Virus record (IMG/VR): IMGVR_UViG_3300037067_009442
Coordinates: 93,721-157,720 of that record
Length of the DNA: 64,000 nt
Source: a virus
Lineage: Duplodnaviria; Heunggongvirae; Uroviricota; Caudoviricetes
Strand: one strand, 5' to 3'
Below the pieces are notes generated by a model. It was not told where the DNA came from, did no database searches, and saw only the letters and a list, made by a program, of their open reading frames with translations. The position numbers and the translations under genes are program-made. Position 1 is the first letter of the stretch. Every line of letters starts with the position of its first letter. Shown piece by piece: positions 49,660 to 59,784 of the stretch.

Positions 49660-50004
49660 ATGGCCTGTCACTCAGTAGTATTCCCTAGGTTTCAGGAAGA
49701 CGTAGTTTCCAAAAAACGGACCTTGTATCACGAGCCTCTAGGGGAGACCGGGGGGCTCGAGGTTGGGGATAGGTTAATCCTAACGCCCCATGAGTGCTTC
49801 CCTAGAGGGGTTGCAACGGTGGTGACAGCAATAGACCGGGTGCGACTGAAGGAGCTTCCAGAGGCCGACCTAGAGAAGCTGGCAGTAGGTTCCCGGGAGG
49901 AGTACTTGTCCCGATGGGATGCAGCCTTCCCTCACGAATCTTCGTCTGAGGATCCTCAAGTATGGAGAATCGAGTTTCGGTATCTACGCCCTGATGAGTT
50001 CTGA
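49660..50004 (+). CDS. ASCH/PUA-like domain protein
   Basis: GD.L.L...V.AIDRVRL.EL..........W........VWRIEF. Confidence 0.5.
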   Translation: MACHSVVFPRFQEDVVSKKRTLYHEPLGETGGLEVGDRLILTPHECFPRGVATVVTAIDRVRLKELPEADLEKLAVGSREEYLSRWDAAFPHESSSEDPQVWRIEFRYLRPDEF

Positions 50005-50324
50005 TGCCCTACCATGAGTATGACACTGCCGAGAAGATGATTGATGACATGACTCATCACATCACCCTGGAGAGACACCTGATCTCTAGCGGTGTTCGAA
50101 TTCCGGAGAAGGCTGATAGGAGTCAGAGGCTGGTCGGATTCCATTGTACTGGATGTGAGCAAGCTTGGGCCATGCCCGCCTCTCATCTTGCTAGGGATCT
50201 TGAGGGTGAGTATGCCTACCTGCTGAAGGCTACCGGTCGAGGATACTTATTCAACGCCTTGAATGAACTAGCTAAAGTACCATCCCCAACCCGATTCGAG
50301 CGGATCCTTCTCGCCGATTGGTGA
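50004..50324 (+). CDS. hypothetical protein with TRFER tag
   Basis: Ends SPTRFERILLADW*. Confidence 0.7.
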   Translation: MPYHEYDTAEKMIDDMTHHITLERHLISSGVRIPEKADRSQRLVGFHCTGCEQAWAMPASHLARDLEGEYAYLLKATGRGYLFNALNELAKVPSPTRFERILLADW

Positions 50325-50341
50325 CTTTCTAGTATTTCGAG

Positions 50342-50370
50342 TTGAGATCTTAGAACCTCATTCGTAGTAT
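50342..50370 (+). promoter_or_regulatory. sigma70-type promoter, leaderless
   Basis: TTGAGA-N17-TAGTAT; ATG 50376. Confidence 0.8.
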
Positions 50371-51107
50371 AAGGCATGAGTCCAAAGACACTCTACTTAG
50401 TTCATCGGAGCGGTAGGACCCTTACCCTTGAGAGGCCTATGAACCCGGAATTGGTTCTGCCTAGGGTCAAGCGAATGGTTGAGTGCAAGCACGAAGGTGC
50501 TCAATCTCCGATACCCCTAAGTCCATTCCATTGGTGCCCCACTTGTGGTGCTACTCAATACGGGAACCGAGGGTCATGGACCCGCCCCACTATCACCCAA
50601 GAAGTCTGTAACCTCCAAGCAACCCATCAAAGAGAAGCATGAGCGTCTACCAAATCTTTCTGTCATTGACTGCAACCTTCATGGCTGCATTCTCTCAACA
50701 GGTGGGAGTTTCCAAGTCTATCCCCAAGGCGCTCGAGGAAGCCCTAACCTTTGAAGCTAAAAGGGTAGTCCTACATGATTCCCCAGAGCGAGCTGCTTAC
50801 GAGTATGTCTATTGGGTATTCTTCTCGGGTAGGCCCCCTGCTTGGCTTCCTCCTGACTTCCGTTACGGGTACGTGGGTTGAACCATGCCTCGACCTAAGA
50901 GGGAATTGAAGACAGCTTTGGAAGCAAGGGCTTATGTCCTGAGAAGCTTGTATGATACCCTCTACAATGACATCTCGGCCAACGGAGCTGCTTACTTGTA
51001 CGAGAACTTCCACTATCCTTCAGATAGTGACTTGGCAGTCGCCGCTGCTAAATCACTGCTTGTGGATCTTGAGGAAATGAGGCAAGAAGCTCTTAGGGGT
51101 AGACGAG

Positions 51108-51590
51108 ATGCCAGACCCAATGGATCCAAACGAAAACCTTCGAGAGCAACGTGAAATAACCAAACGTCTTCTCGATGAAGATCTTGAAGGGGACGTTGAT
51201 TCGATAATGACCTTGAGCATCAGGCTTGCAGAGCTTGTTCAAGCTCTGGACGAGTGGATCTCCCATCAAGGGGAGCTGCCTAGAGACTGGTGGAATGAGG
51301 TACCTATCCAAGCCCTAAGGGCAAACCCTACAGACGGGTATAACTATGATGAGGTGTACAGGTTGATCCTCATCGAGTCGGGCCCTAATCGAATCCAACT
51401 TTGGAGGCTTCTCCGAAGTCTTCGTGACTACACCCTCCAAGACGTCCGCCGGATAACCGATGCCTTACCTTGGATCTATGGGTCTGAATTTGGTGGTGGC
51501 GCTGTGAATGAACTTCGAGCAATGTTCGAAGGAATCGGAGCGGTTGTTAGGGTAGAGTTGATGACTCAGACTCACAACCCTCTAGTGTAG
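51108..51590 (+). CDS. protein with C-terminal ribosomal L7/L12-CTD-like domain
   Basis: YRLILIESGPNRIQLWRLLRSLRDYTLQDVRRITDALP...LRAMFEGIGAVVRVE follows the bL12 CTD pattern. Confidence 0.6.
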   Translation: MPDPMDPNENLREQREITKRLLDEDLEGDVDSIMTLSIRLAELVQALDEWISHQGELPRDWWNEVPIQALRANPTDGYNYDEVYRLILIESGPNRIQLWRLLRSLRDYTLQDVRRITDALPWIYGSEFGGGAVNELRAMFEGIGAVVRVELMTQTHNPLV

Positions 51591-51870
51591 CTAAGATTCG
51601 TTCAAAGCGGGTGGCTATCACAGCCACTGGGTAATAAGAGCACCGGACTAAGCCCTCCCCTGGTAGTTGATGTCGATAGGGCAGTGCTTGGTAATGAGCT
51701 CCTACTCGAAACCAACCCACACTCAGGTTGTACCCTTTAGTACAAGGGTACACAACTTTTTCATCGATAGGTACGATGTTCACTTCCATCACTATGGCCC
51801 CCTTGAGGTGGTAGTTTTGAGGGCAGTGAGGGCAATCGTCACAGAGTGTTGTCACTGAGGATCCGTTCAA
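51547..51870 (-). CDS. four-Cys protein with TRFER tag
   Basis: CDDCPHCP..CTKG..CSYY; ATRFERIL plus extension. Confidence 0.7.
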   Translation of the reverse strand: MNGSSVTTLCDDCPHCPQNYHLKGAIVMEVNIVPIDEKVVYPCTKGYNLSVGWFRVGAHYQALPYRHQLPGEGLVRCSYYPVAVIATRFERILATLEGCESESSTLP

Positions 51871-52183
51871 AGCGGGTGGCTGGTGGTGAGTCTGTTTGTA
51901 CTATGTCTTTTCTCGGGCGGGAGAATTTTAGTACCCAAGGTCGTCCATTAGAGTGAACTTGGTCGAAGCAAGTGATCTCCCAGCTACCCGTGGGAAACTG
52001 TCGTTTCAGGAAGTAACTAACTTTCTCCAGGTAGTACTCAGGGACTCCGTACATCGACCCCTCTTGGAGTAAGCTTTGAATCCTTTCCCCAACCCCCGGG
52101 GGTGTTGGATGGATGTACTCAAAAACAGGGGGACCACCTTCTTGGAGAGTAAACCCGACCTCAAATGGTCCCCAGGAGGTCAA
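51839..52183 (-). CDS. hypothetical protein with TRFER tag
   Basis: Ends ATRFERILSDNTL*; WEITCFD similar to neighbour. Confidence 0.7.
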   Translation of the reverse strand: MTSWGPFEVGFTLQEGGPPVFEYIHPTPPGVGERIQSLLQEGSMYGVPEYYLEKVSYFLKRQFPTGSWEITCFDQVHSNGRPWVLKFSRPRKDIVQTDSPPATRFERILSDNTL

Positions 52184-52521
52184 ATGACTTCCTCCCGCTC
52201 GAATCGAGTAAGGTACTTAGGTTGAGTGACAGGCTTCTGTTTCCTAGGTGCCTTGGGCGGCTTTGTCAGATCAGGTTGAGTGAAGTTGAGGGTATAGTGG
52301 TAGCCAGCTACATCAACGCAAGTGATCTCAAAGTTCTCTTTTCGAATCCATGAGTCGAAGTACTGCTGGATTCGTAGCATATAACCCCTAGCACCCCTAT
52401 TAGGCCCAGCATAGTCAATTACATCCTGAAGCTGATTCTGCCTGCGGTAAGGGCGCCCCGCACTAGTAGCCGTTAGCTGGTGAGCTCCTGATTCCTCTAA
52501 GGTGATGACTACCTTAATCAT
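52180..52521 (-). CDS. hypothetical protein with TRFER tag
   Basis: Ends LTRFEREEVI*. Confidence 0.75.
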   Translation of the reverse strand: MIKVVITLEESGAHQLTATSAGRPYRRQNQLQDVIDYAGPNRGARGYMLRIQQYFDSWIRKENFEITCVDVAGYHYTLNFTQPDLTKPPKAPRKQKPVTQPKYLTRFEREEVI

Positions 52522-52775
52522 ATCACATCTTCTCTCTCAAACCGGGAAGGGCGGTGGCAGTTGTACTGAGTACAAATCCTACCTACGGGCCATACACGGA
52601 GAAGGTAAGGACCTTTGCCCTCGATTCGAGTGTACCATTGCCTGGTTTTCACCCCTAATCCGCAGCGAGTTAGTTGAACGTGGGTGAGGGAGTACTCGTC
52701 TGTATCACTACCCTCCACTTTTCGGTGAACGCAGGTGAGGCAGAACTGGGGATCTATCTTTGGGAGGTCTGCCAC
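52518..52775 (-). CDS. four-Cys protein with TRFER tag
   Basis: CLTCVH..CGLG..CTQY; ends PSRFEREDVI*. Confidence 0.75.
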   Translation of the reverse strand: MADLPKIDPQFCLTCVHRKVEGSDTDEYSLTHVQLTRCGLGVKTRQWYTRIEGKGPYLLRVWPVGRICTQYNCHRPSRFEREDVI

Positions 52776-53152
52776 TACTCAAGATCCTCTAGGATATGCT
52801 CGAATCGAGTAGGTCTAGTTCCGAGATACCTCCCGTAATTCTGATCCGGAAAGGGTGAGAGTTCGAAGAATCTCTCTAGTTCGGTCAGTACATTTGAAAC
52901 GCAGTCTAGGCATTCGGCGGAGACAACCCCCAGGGGTCCGAACTCGAATACTTGCTTGAGGGTTTGGTAGCACTTCCAAGCAAGGTCAACCTCTTCACTT
53001 GAACCAATAACGGAAGACGCATGCTCGATTTGCCAACATGCGTCTTCTATTAAATTCAGGGTATTCAGGGGCTGGGGCTGGGTGGTGTCAGAGGCATCTA
53101 CATAGCGGAGTGCCGTGTGGACGTCTACAGCCATGTCAGCAAAGGCGGTCAT
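52775..53152 (-). CDS. hypothetical protein with TRFER tag
   Basis: Ends RPTRFEHILEDLE*. Confidence 0.7.
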   Translation of the reverse strand: MTAFADMAVDVHTALRYVDASDTTQPQPLNTLNLIEDACWQIEHASSVIGSSEEVDLAWKCYQTLKQVFEFGPLGVVSAECLDCVSNVLTELERFFELSPFPDQNYGRYLGTRPTRFEHILEDLE

Positions 53153-53498
53153 TCGCCCTGCGATCCTAGCACAGACTAGGAGATGACTTCCACTTCGAAT
53201 ATTTGGATTCGCCGCTCCCCCGGAAGCTCTGCATTGAGAACTAAGGCCTCAAACAGGACCTTGGACTCTGGATCACTATCGGAAAGGTGCCTTTGGCTCA
53301 CATGCCTGAGTTGGACTTGATGAAAAGTGGCCCACTTTTCTGCTGCACAAGCAGGGGTCATAGCTCGGACCAACTTAGGATCTTCAAGGAGTAGACTCCC
53401 TCTCAGCTCCTGAACCCTCCACAGGTCACTCAGCCTAAGACTCACGGGCATGGTAGCGGAAGATTACCTTATCTTGCAGGTAATGTCGATAGGTTTCT

Positions 53499-53546
53499 AC
53501 TTGGTACCTCATGAAGGTAGTTCACTCAATGAGGTACCAAGTTTTT
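53499..53546 (+). terminator. rho-independent terminator-like hairpin
   Basis: ACTTGGTACCTCAT...ATGAGGTACCAAGT followed by T-run. Confidence 0.65.
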
Positions 53547-53613
53547 CCCAGCTTAAACTAGACCTAGATGACTAGTACTCCATAACTACACGGCGATATG
53601 GAACTTTTTTTGG

Positions 53614-53673
53614 TTGAGATCATAGGTCCTTATTCGTAGTATCCGTCGAAGTGCTCAGAGGGGTACTACGAAT
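53614..53673 (+). promoter_or_regulatory. sigma70-type promoter with stem-loop over the -10 box
   Basis: TTGAGA-N17-TAGTAT; ATTCGTAGTATCC pairs with GGGTACTACGAAT (53661-53673); ATG 53689. Confidence 0.7.
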
Positions 53674-54493
53674 TGAGGGGTTCGGATCATGACAAGTAAT
53701 GATACAACGTTCACCAGTGGCACATTCATCCTACCTCCAAAGCCTGAACATGGGGTTTTGGTAGCGGAGCTTGAAGCAGTAGCTACTGCTATGGCTGATT
53801 CAGTTCAGGGGTACCCTATGACCCCTGAGGTAGCCCAGTCCATCCTTACCCTCTACAGTGGTCTTCGCCCTGACATGCGGGATACGCTATTCAGTAAGGC
53901 TATTCCAGCTATGGTAGAGAGTACTATTCGGTGCCGAACTCTCTCTAAGGATGATCGAAGTTGGGGTATGTTTAGCCGCCTCCCGAAAGTTGGTTGAAGT
54001 CTGTACCTTCACTGGTAAAGTACCTGAGAATCATGAAGCTAGAATTGAAACTCTGTAAGCCACGTCGATCACGTAAGGTAGAAGAACCTGATGATCCCGT
54101 GGTAGGGTATCGAATCCAGCACTATCTATCCGACTTCTGGGTCGGGCTATTTGAGACGCCGGACAAGTACTTGGCCATCTCTCAGGCTATTGAGGTGCGT
54201 CGATCCCAGGGCATGGGCTCTACCACAACTAAGGATCTCATCGTCCAGCCTGTCACTCAATCAGGTCTAGAGAAGGTCAGAGCGGCTCATGGCCTTGAGC
54301 AGGAGTACCTCAAGGCCACTCAGATGTCCAATTCTGCTCCGACCGCTGATGAGCGAAAGTCCTGGGAAAGTACTGCTTATTGTCTACTTGGCCGGATCCG
54401 AGGGACCTGAGTATTTCAAGGAAGCCAGTGAAGGAGCTCCAGCTTATGGAACACAGTTCCTCATTGGCTTCCTTGAAATACTCTACCTGTTGG

Positions 54494-54522
54494 TTGAGAT
54501 CCGAGCCTCTCATACGTAGGAT
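54494..54522 (+). promoter_or_regulatory. sigma70-type promoter, leaderless
   Basis: TTGAGA-N17-TAGGAT; ATG 54528. Confidence 0.85.
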
Positions 54523-54527
54523 AGATC

Positions 54528-54977
54528 ATGTCCATCATCAATCTACTAGCTAGCGTCATCTGTACTACCTTCGAAAGTACCTGTGGGAAGTGGCAAAGTA
54601 AGAAGCCCGAACCCAAGGCCTTCGTGGTCAAGTTCTCTGTTAGGGTAGATCACGAGAAGGAAGAGGGTTATCGCCAAAGGGACCTAGCCCTCTATGCTGA
54701 ATGCAACTACGTAAGTGTCTTCGTTCGGGATCGGTGGAATGTCATCCCAATTGAAGACCTCGAGTATGATGAGGAGACTGAGGATACCTACGTCAAGAAG
54801 GGTAAGGACTACCATCAAGGCCAATCCGAGTGGAAGCTCCTAGTCTCCCATGACTCTTGCTGGCGGAGTGCGGTAGAGGAGTTCATTCGGGAGAACTCAA
54901 ACAACCTCAACACATTTGACAGCCCTGGTGGCTTCTACGAGCTCACTCCTTCAGCCGAATTCACCATTTCTGGTTGA
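54528..54977 (+). CDS. hypothetical protein
   Basis: Bounded by two promoter copies; stop lies in the next -35 box. Confidence 0.75.
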   Translation: MSIINLLASVICTTFESTCGKWQSKKPEPKAFVVKFSVRVDHEKEEGYRQRDLALYAECNYVSVFVRDRWNVIPIEDLEYDEETEDTYVKKGKDYHQGQSEWKLLVSHDSCWRSAVEEFIRENSNNLNTFDSPGGFYELTPSAEFTISG

Positions 54978-55002
54978 GATCCGAGCCCCTCATACGTAGG
55001 AT
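54974..55002 (+). promoter_or_regulatory. sigma70-type promoter, leaderless
   Basis: TTGAGA-N17-TAGGAT; ATG 55008. Confidence 0.85.
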
Positions 55003-55007
55003 AAACC

Positions 55008-55298
55008 ATGGAACCCGTCAAAGCTTCAGAGTGTTCTTGCATCCACTTCCACGCCCCCAGTGACCCCAACGGAAACCCCCAGCGGGTCTACGTCGTCATC
55101 CACCTCACGGAGGGCTTTGTGGCGGCCGTTGACGAGGGGTTCGATGGAAACCGTGCCTTGGGTAATGCTTTTGGTAAGGACATCGGAGAAGGCCTTCGGA
55201 TACGCTTGGCGGGTGGGATCAACATCCCACGAAAGCAGTACCACGAACTCCTCAAGGACTATGGTCCGAATGGTCCAAGACGAAAGGAACTGAAGTGA
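55008..55298 (+). CDS. hypothetical protein
   Basis: Start set by promoter; D.NGNPQRVY motif. Confidence 0.7.
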   Translation: MEPVKASECSCIHFHAPSDPNGNPQRVYVVIHLTEGFVAAVDEGFDGNRALGNAFGKDIGEGLRIRLAGGINIPRKQYHELLKDYGPNGPRRKELK

Positions 55299-56082
55299 AT
55301 CCACCTATTATAGTAAGAGAAGAAAACATCCTGGCAGTTCGGCGAACCATCAACATGCACCGGCAGTTGGCTGAGGGCAAACGAGCCTCCGCCGGGGCGG
55401 CTGCTGAAGACCAGGCCGAGAAGTTCTTGGATACTGCCTTGGCTCATGAGGATGTGGCTCTTCACCTTGAGAGAGCCCTCTTGGTTCTATTTGGGGCAGA
55501 GCTACTCAATAGCCTCCCACGTCCGAAGGTTGATACCCTGATCCCTGAGCCCTTGGATGGAAGATCCTGAGACCCTAGGGAGGAATTGCTACCGGAGTAT
55601 GACCCCAGGGCAGCGAGAGGAAGCTATTAGGCCCCTCGAGAAACAATCTCAGTGCAAGAGTATCTCAGACTTTGACCGTACTTTCGCAACCGGGTGGCTA
55701 GACGAACTCAAGAAGCACCAAGTCCAATGACCCCACACTCTCAAGTAATCCTGTACCTAAACTACCTCATCTTAGCTGTTAACTTCGGTTGTTTGGGGAT
55801 TGTGATCTACCTACTGAGGCGAGCTCGGAAGCACCTCAAGATGGTGGAAGGTGACCTCGCTTTGAAGCAGGTTGACACAGAAGCTTGGAAGAAGAAGACC
55901 CAAGCACTACCTATAGGGTATGATGCTGGGTACATGGGGATGGGGAACTAAAGTTCTTGACCTGCCTTGGCTTAGGGCGTAACCTCGGATCTTCAGGTGG
56001 TGGTTAGTCATAGGTTCGAGCGGCCCCGGAGTTCTGGCATAGACTCCGGGGCTGTTCCCTTTAACCGGTGTATTTGTACACC

Positions 56083-56430
56083 GTGACAACTCGTAGAAAC
56101 TTCCTGAAGATCCTGAGTGCTATTGCGCTCCCTCTACCTGAGATAGAGCTTGGGGGCCCAGTTGTAATCTACTTGTGCTTGACTAGGCTTGGTCACGAGG
56201 TGACCGAACGAGTCCCTGTAGAGTTCAAGTGGAACTCTGAGATGAAGCTGACTATCGGGGAGGGGCATAATGTGCTGTTCGATGGGTTTGCACTGTTTGG
56301 TGGCCCTCGGGAAACCACCCCTATGCGAACTAAGTCGTTCGAGGTAGTTCATATCACTCCGGCCTGCAGCTTGGAACTGTCCTACGTTCTCTGGTGTAAA
56401 TCACCGGATGCCATCCCCCACTATCTGTGA
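56083..56430 (+). CDS. protein with twin-arginine-like N-terminus
   Basis: GTG 10 nt after GGTGTA; MTTRRNFLKILSAIAL. Confidence 0.55.
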   Translation: MTTRRNFLKILSAIALPLPEIELGGPVVIYLCLTRLGHEVTERVPVEFKWNSEMKLTIGEGHNVLFDGFALFGGPRETTPMRTKSFEVVHITPACSLELSYVLWCKSPDAIPHYL

Positions 56431-56850
56431 GTTTGACGAAGCAGTACATACAGCCGATTTCCTACATAAGCAGTGGCCTTTCATTGACGTGGAGGAAGCC
56501 ACGGTATTCTATCGAGAATTGGGGGCAGTCCCCGGCCATGTGGGGGCTATCTTGATCTCCCTTTGGACTCTAAAAAAAGTCCTTGATCATGAAAAGATCG
56601 CTACTATTCCGCCTCCCGCTGATGTATGACGAGATATGGCAAGAAGTCGATCCGTCTCCCTCAAGGGTGCAGCAGCTCAAGCTTTCATAGAAATGGCTAT
56701 TGGGAAGCCTGCTGAGTCACCAGAGCAGGCTTTGGAGCGTGTAGCCACTATGGTCCATATGTTTGTGAAGACTGATCAGATGCCAAAAGCGGTAGAGGTG
56801 TTGAAGCAACTCTTATCTGGTAGTGTCCCAGCGACTTCGACCTAGGTGCC

Positions 56851-57411
56851 GTGATGTCTAAGAAGAGGAAGATGGTCAGGGAGGAGTTTAGGGGTTGGGC
56901 CCTAAAGTACCAGAGCTTGGAAGAGGCTTGGGTTGCTTGTTCCGACGGCGGGATGTTGATTCGCTACCTACTCGAATTTGACTCCAATAGTAAAGCAGTT
57001 CATCAAGTATCCTACCGGGCCGCATATCGAGCAGTGACTAATGACCCCGACGTAGAGACTGATTTCGTGGATGCTCTGTGGGTCAAAGCCGGTTGGATGG
57101 AGGGTGGAGCGGAGCCCACAAAGTCATATGGCCATGACCGATCCATACTTGGTAGGTGTGTGAGGGAGTTGATGAGGTTAGACGGAGCTGCCTCGGAGTT
57201 AGTCATGTCGTTTGCAGCTCAAGCCCGCGGTGAGGTAGCATGTAAGTTACCAAATAAGGTTGACTTTAGAGGTGACGGCCCTGTCAACTCCTACCAAATG
57301 ATCTTTAGTGCTGCCTACAAGCGTGAGAGGCTGAGTCAAGCGAACGACATCCGAGAGCTACTACCCTTCCCCAAGATTCGAACTAGGTTCGAACGAGAGG
57401 ACGTCATCTAA
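56851..57411 (+). CDS. hypothetical protein with TRFER tag
   Basis: Ends IRTRFEREDVI*. Confidence 0.75.
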   Translation: MMSKKRKMVREEFRGWALKYQSLEEAWVACSDGGMLIRYLLEFDSNSKAVHQVSYRAAYRAVTNDPDVETDFVDALWVKAGWMEGGAEPTKSYGHDRSILGRCVRELMRLDGAASELVMSFAAQARGEVACKLPNKVDFRGDGPVNSYQMIFSAAYKRERLSQANDIRELLPFPKIRTRFEREDVI

Positions 57412-57809
57412 CCCTATGCCTAGTCTAATTGACGATCCTGAATTACGAGAGCAGTTGACTATTGAGGCTCACAGGATGGCGCAAGAGGCCTGGGAGGAGA
57501 CTCGGGTACTCTGTGCTAGGCTTGATGCTCAGCACCGACTGAATGCTCTTGAGCTTGCTTACGGACACCTTCTACCGCAAGCTCCCACGTGTCACCCTCA
57601 AAGTCGAACTTGATTGGGTAGAACATCGACCCATTGGAGAACGTTCCCTTGACGTGTGCGCAGTTTAAGCAAATGCGCACATCCATCTCACCAAGAATCT
57701 CCTGGGAACCCTCCTTGAGAATGCGAACAGGTGAGCTCTTGACAGTTCGTACTCCGTGAAGACATTTAGCAGTAGGCATTCCTCAGACTACTGTCTATCT
57801 AGAGGTTAG

Positions 57810-58298
57810 TCAACGCTTGGTCTTTGATGGGTCAGTCTTTTTCTTGATCGGGACTTGAGGGTCTTCCTTAGCGGCGGTCACCTTAGCTTCCTGGAGCCCA
57901 TCAGACTTACCAGCCCAGTACACTGATTCGGTACTCTTGACTGAGTCCTGAACTGCTTGACGGATCATCTCTGCCTGCTGGGTCTTGCTTACGGAACCCA
58001 ACTTAGCGTTGATGATAGAAGCTCCAACTGTACCACAGGCAGCGAAGAACCCGGCAATAACTACCCCGTAGAAGGTTAGCTTCTTGCTTGAGGTAGGGGC
58101 CTGACTAGTAGTGCCCTTGAGTCGAAGAGTAATCAACTCCTCAAGTACCTTAGTCTCCTTGAGATCAATCTCCTCTAGGGCTTCCCAGACTTTCACTAGT
58201 TGACGTCGAGCCCCCACGTCTACAAGTTCAACGTCGGGATTAATCCCATCTCTTTTCAAGGGGAGTTCGAAATTGGTTCTGGGAAACTTTGGCGCCAT
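57810..58298 (-). CDS. membrane protein
   Basis: Hydrophobic FYGVVIAGFFAACGTVGASII. Confidence 0.65.
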   Translation of the reverse strand: MAPKFPRTNFELPLKRDGINPDVELVDVGARRQLVKVWEALEEIDLKETKVLEELITLRLKGTTSQAPTSSKKLTFYGVVIAGFFAACGTVGASIINAKLGSVSKTQQAEMIRQAVQDSVKSTESVYWAGKSDGLQEAKVTAAKEDPQVPIKKKTDPSKTKR

Positions 58299-58355
58299 GG
58301 GGGTTTACTTATCCACTGAAGTAGACTCCCCAACAGGACTATACCGAAACTTAAT

Positions 58356-58592
58356 CTACTCGGAAGCTAAGATCTTTTCGAATCTTGTAGGTCTCGGACC
58401 GCGGTAATACCTCTCCTCAAAGGAGGGGCAAGTGGATGCATCTACTGAGTTGAGTAGTTGAGGGTGATCTAGATCCAGGAATAAAGAATGAATCTTCCAG
58501 CGGCGATGCCCCTTAGGACATTCTACTGGAGGCGGGGGCATCATGAAGATCTGAGCCCCCGGAAGATGCTTGCAGTTACTACAGATGCTCAT
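58356..58592 (-). CDS. four-Cys protein with TRFER tag
   Basis: MSICSNCKH..CPKG..CPSF; ends RPTRFEKILASE*. Confidence 0.75.
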   Translation of the reverse strand: MSICSNCKHLPGAQIFMMPPPPVECPKGHRRWKIHSLFLDLDHPQLLNSVDASTCPSFEERYYRGPRPTRFEKILASE

Positions 58593-58791
58593 CGGATAGG
58601 ATCTTTTCGAACCTTGTAGGTCGGTCCCCACTATAAAGGTACTTCCCGCAGAGCTCAATACCCTGAGGGTAGGTATGTAATCCCTTCGTTTGGTCAAAGG
58701 TAACCAAGGTTGAGTGACCCACCCAACAGGAAGTACCATGTGTACTTAGGGGGTCCTTGTACTCGCAGTCGTCACAGCAAACTTGAGTCAT
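58579..58791 (-). CDS. four-Cys protein with TRFER tag
   Basis: CDDCEY..CWVG..CGKY; ends RPTRFEKILSDEHL*. Confidence 0.75.
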   Translation of the reverse strand: MTQVCCDDCEYKDPLSTHGTSCWVGHSTLVTFDQTKGLHTYPQGIELCGKYLYSGDRPTRFEKILSDEHL

Positions 58792-59147
58792 TACACGACG
58801 TCCTCACGCTCGAAGCGAGACAATCGAGGGGAGTCAATATTCTCGATTATTGAAGGATCATTCGTTTCTAATCCGAACCTCAGACAGTAGGTAGCCCCGT
58901 CTAACTTGACGAACCTCAGTACAAGATGAGGTAAGGCCCACCTAAGTGACAAAGCGGTGATGGAGTTGATCAGGTAGTCATCTGGAGTAAGTCGAACAGG
59001 TCCTCGGTACCAGTTTGCTACTAGCTCTCGAAGAACACCCTCGACGACCCCAGGGTCTAAACTCCCTGGGGTTTCGTCTACCTCTACCGATACCAAAGGG
59101 GATCCGTCTTCACTCCCACCCTCAGCGATCCAAATGTAGTAGGTCAA
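58791..59147 (-). CDS. hypothetical protein with TRFER tag
   Basis: Ends LSRFEREDVV*. Confidence 0.7.
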   Translation of the reverse strand: MTYYIWIAEGGSEDGSPLVSVEVDETPGSLDPGVVEGVLRELVANWYRGPVRLTPDDYLINSITALSLRWALPHLVLRFVKLDGATYCLRFGLETNDPSIIENIDSPRLSRFEREDVV

Positions 59148-59374
59148 AACTCGTCTTCCAAAACTCGTTCAAAGCGAGTAGGTCTAGGTCCGCAGTAAGC
59201 ATAGTCTGAGCACGTTGAGGAAGACTGCCCCTCATTGAAGAGGTTTTGGTTAGCGTGGAGTCCAGAATCCAAGAATCTTACAAGAAAGTACCCGCGATTA
59301 CAGGCTAACTCCCCTGTCCTAGTCTCTAGGCTCCACTTGCAGTCATCACAGAAGTCCATCAGGGTCGGTAGCAT
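59144..59374 (-). CDS. four-Cys protein with TRFER tag (start uncertain)
   Basis: CDDCKW..CNRG..CSDY; ends RPTRFERVLEDEF*. Confidence 0.7.
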   Translation of the reverse strand: MLPTLMDFCDDCKWSLETRTGELACNRGYFLVRFLDSGLHANQNLFNEGQSSSTCSDYAYCGPRPTRFERVLEDEF

Positions 59375-59462
59375 ACCCCAACTTTGATGGATTAGGGTTA
59401 TTGTTTGACTTGAATCGCAATTCGGCCCCACAACCAATAGGTTTTGGTGTAAGGGTTTCCCC

Positions 59463-59780
59463 ATGGAAGAGGTGCTTGCGGTACTGTCTCAGGCGTCCAA
59501 GCTGAAGGTCGCCACCAATCAGATCAAGTACTATTCCGATCGGATCAAGTCTAGGAAATATCCCGCTGACATTGTGAGCGACATGAAGCACCTAGCGATA
59601 TGGAGGAGCTCATTAGGTGCTTTCAAAACGAATAAGTCCCTGTCAGAGGAAGCTGGGGATGAGCTTCTGCGATACTTGTTTTTCTCGATGACAGAGAAGA
59701 AGCTAATCACGTCTGAGGAGGAGTATCGCTTGAACGAGCTTTACCCAGACCCCGACTGTATCCATTTTTCTTCAGGGTAA
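59463..59780 (+). CDS. hypothetical protein
   Basis: ATG 11 nt after GGTGTA. Confidence 0.65.
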   Translation: MEEVLAVLSQASKLKVATNQIKYYSDRIKSRKYPADIVSDMKHLAIWRSSLGAFKTNKSLSEEAGDELLRYLFFSMTEKKLITSEEEYRLNELYPDPDCIHFSSG

Positions 59781-59784
59781 CCCG

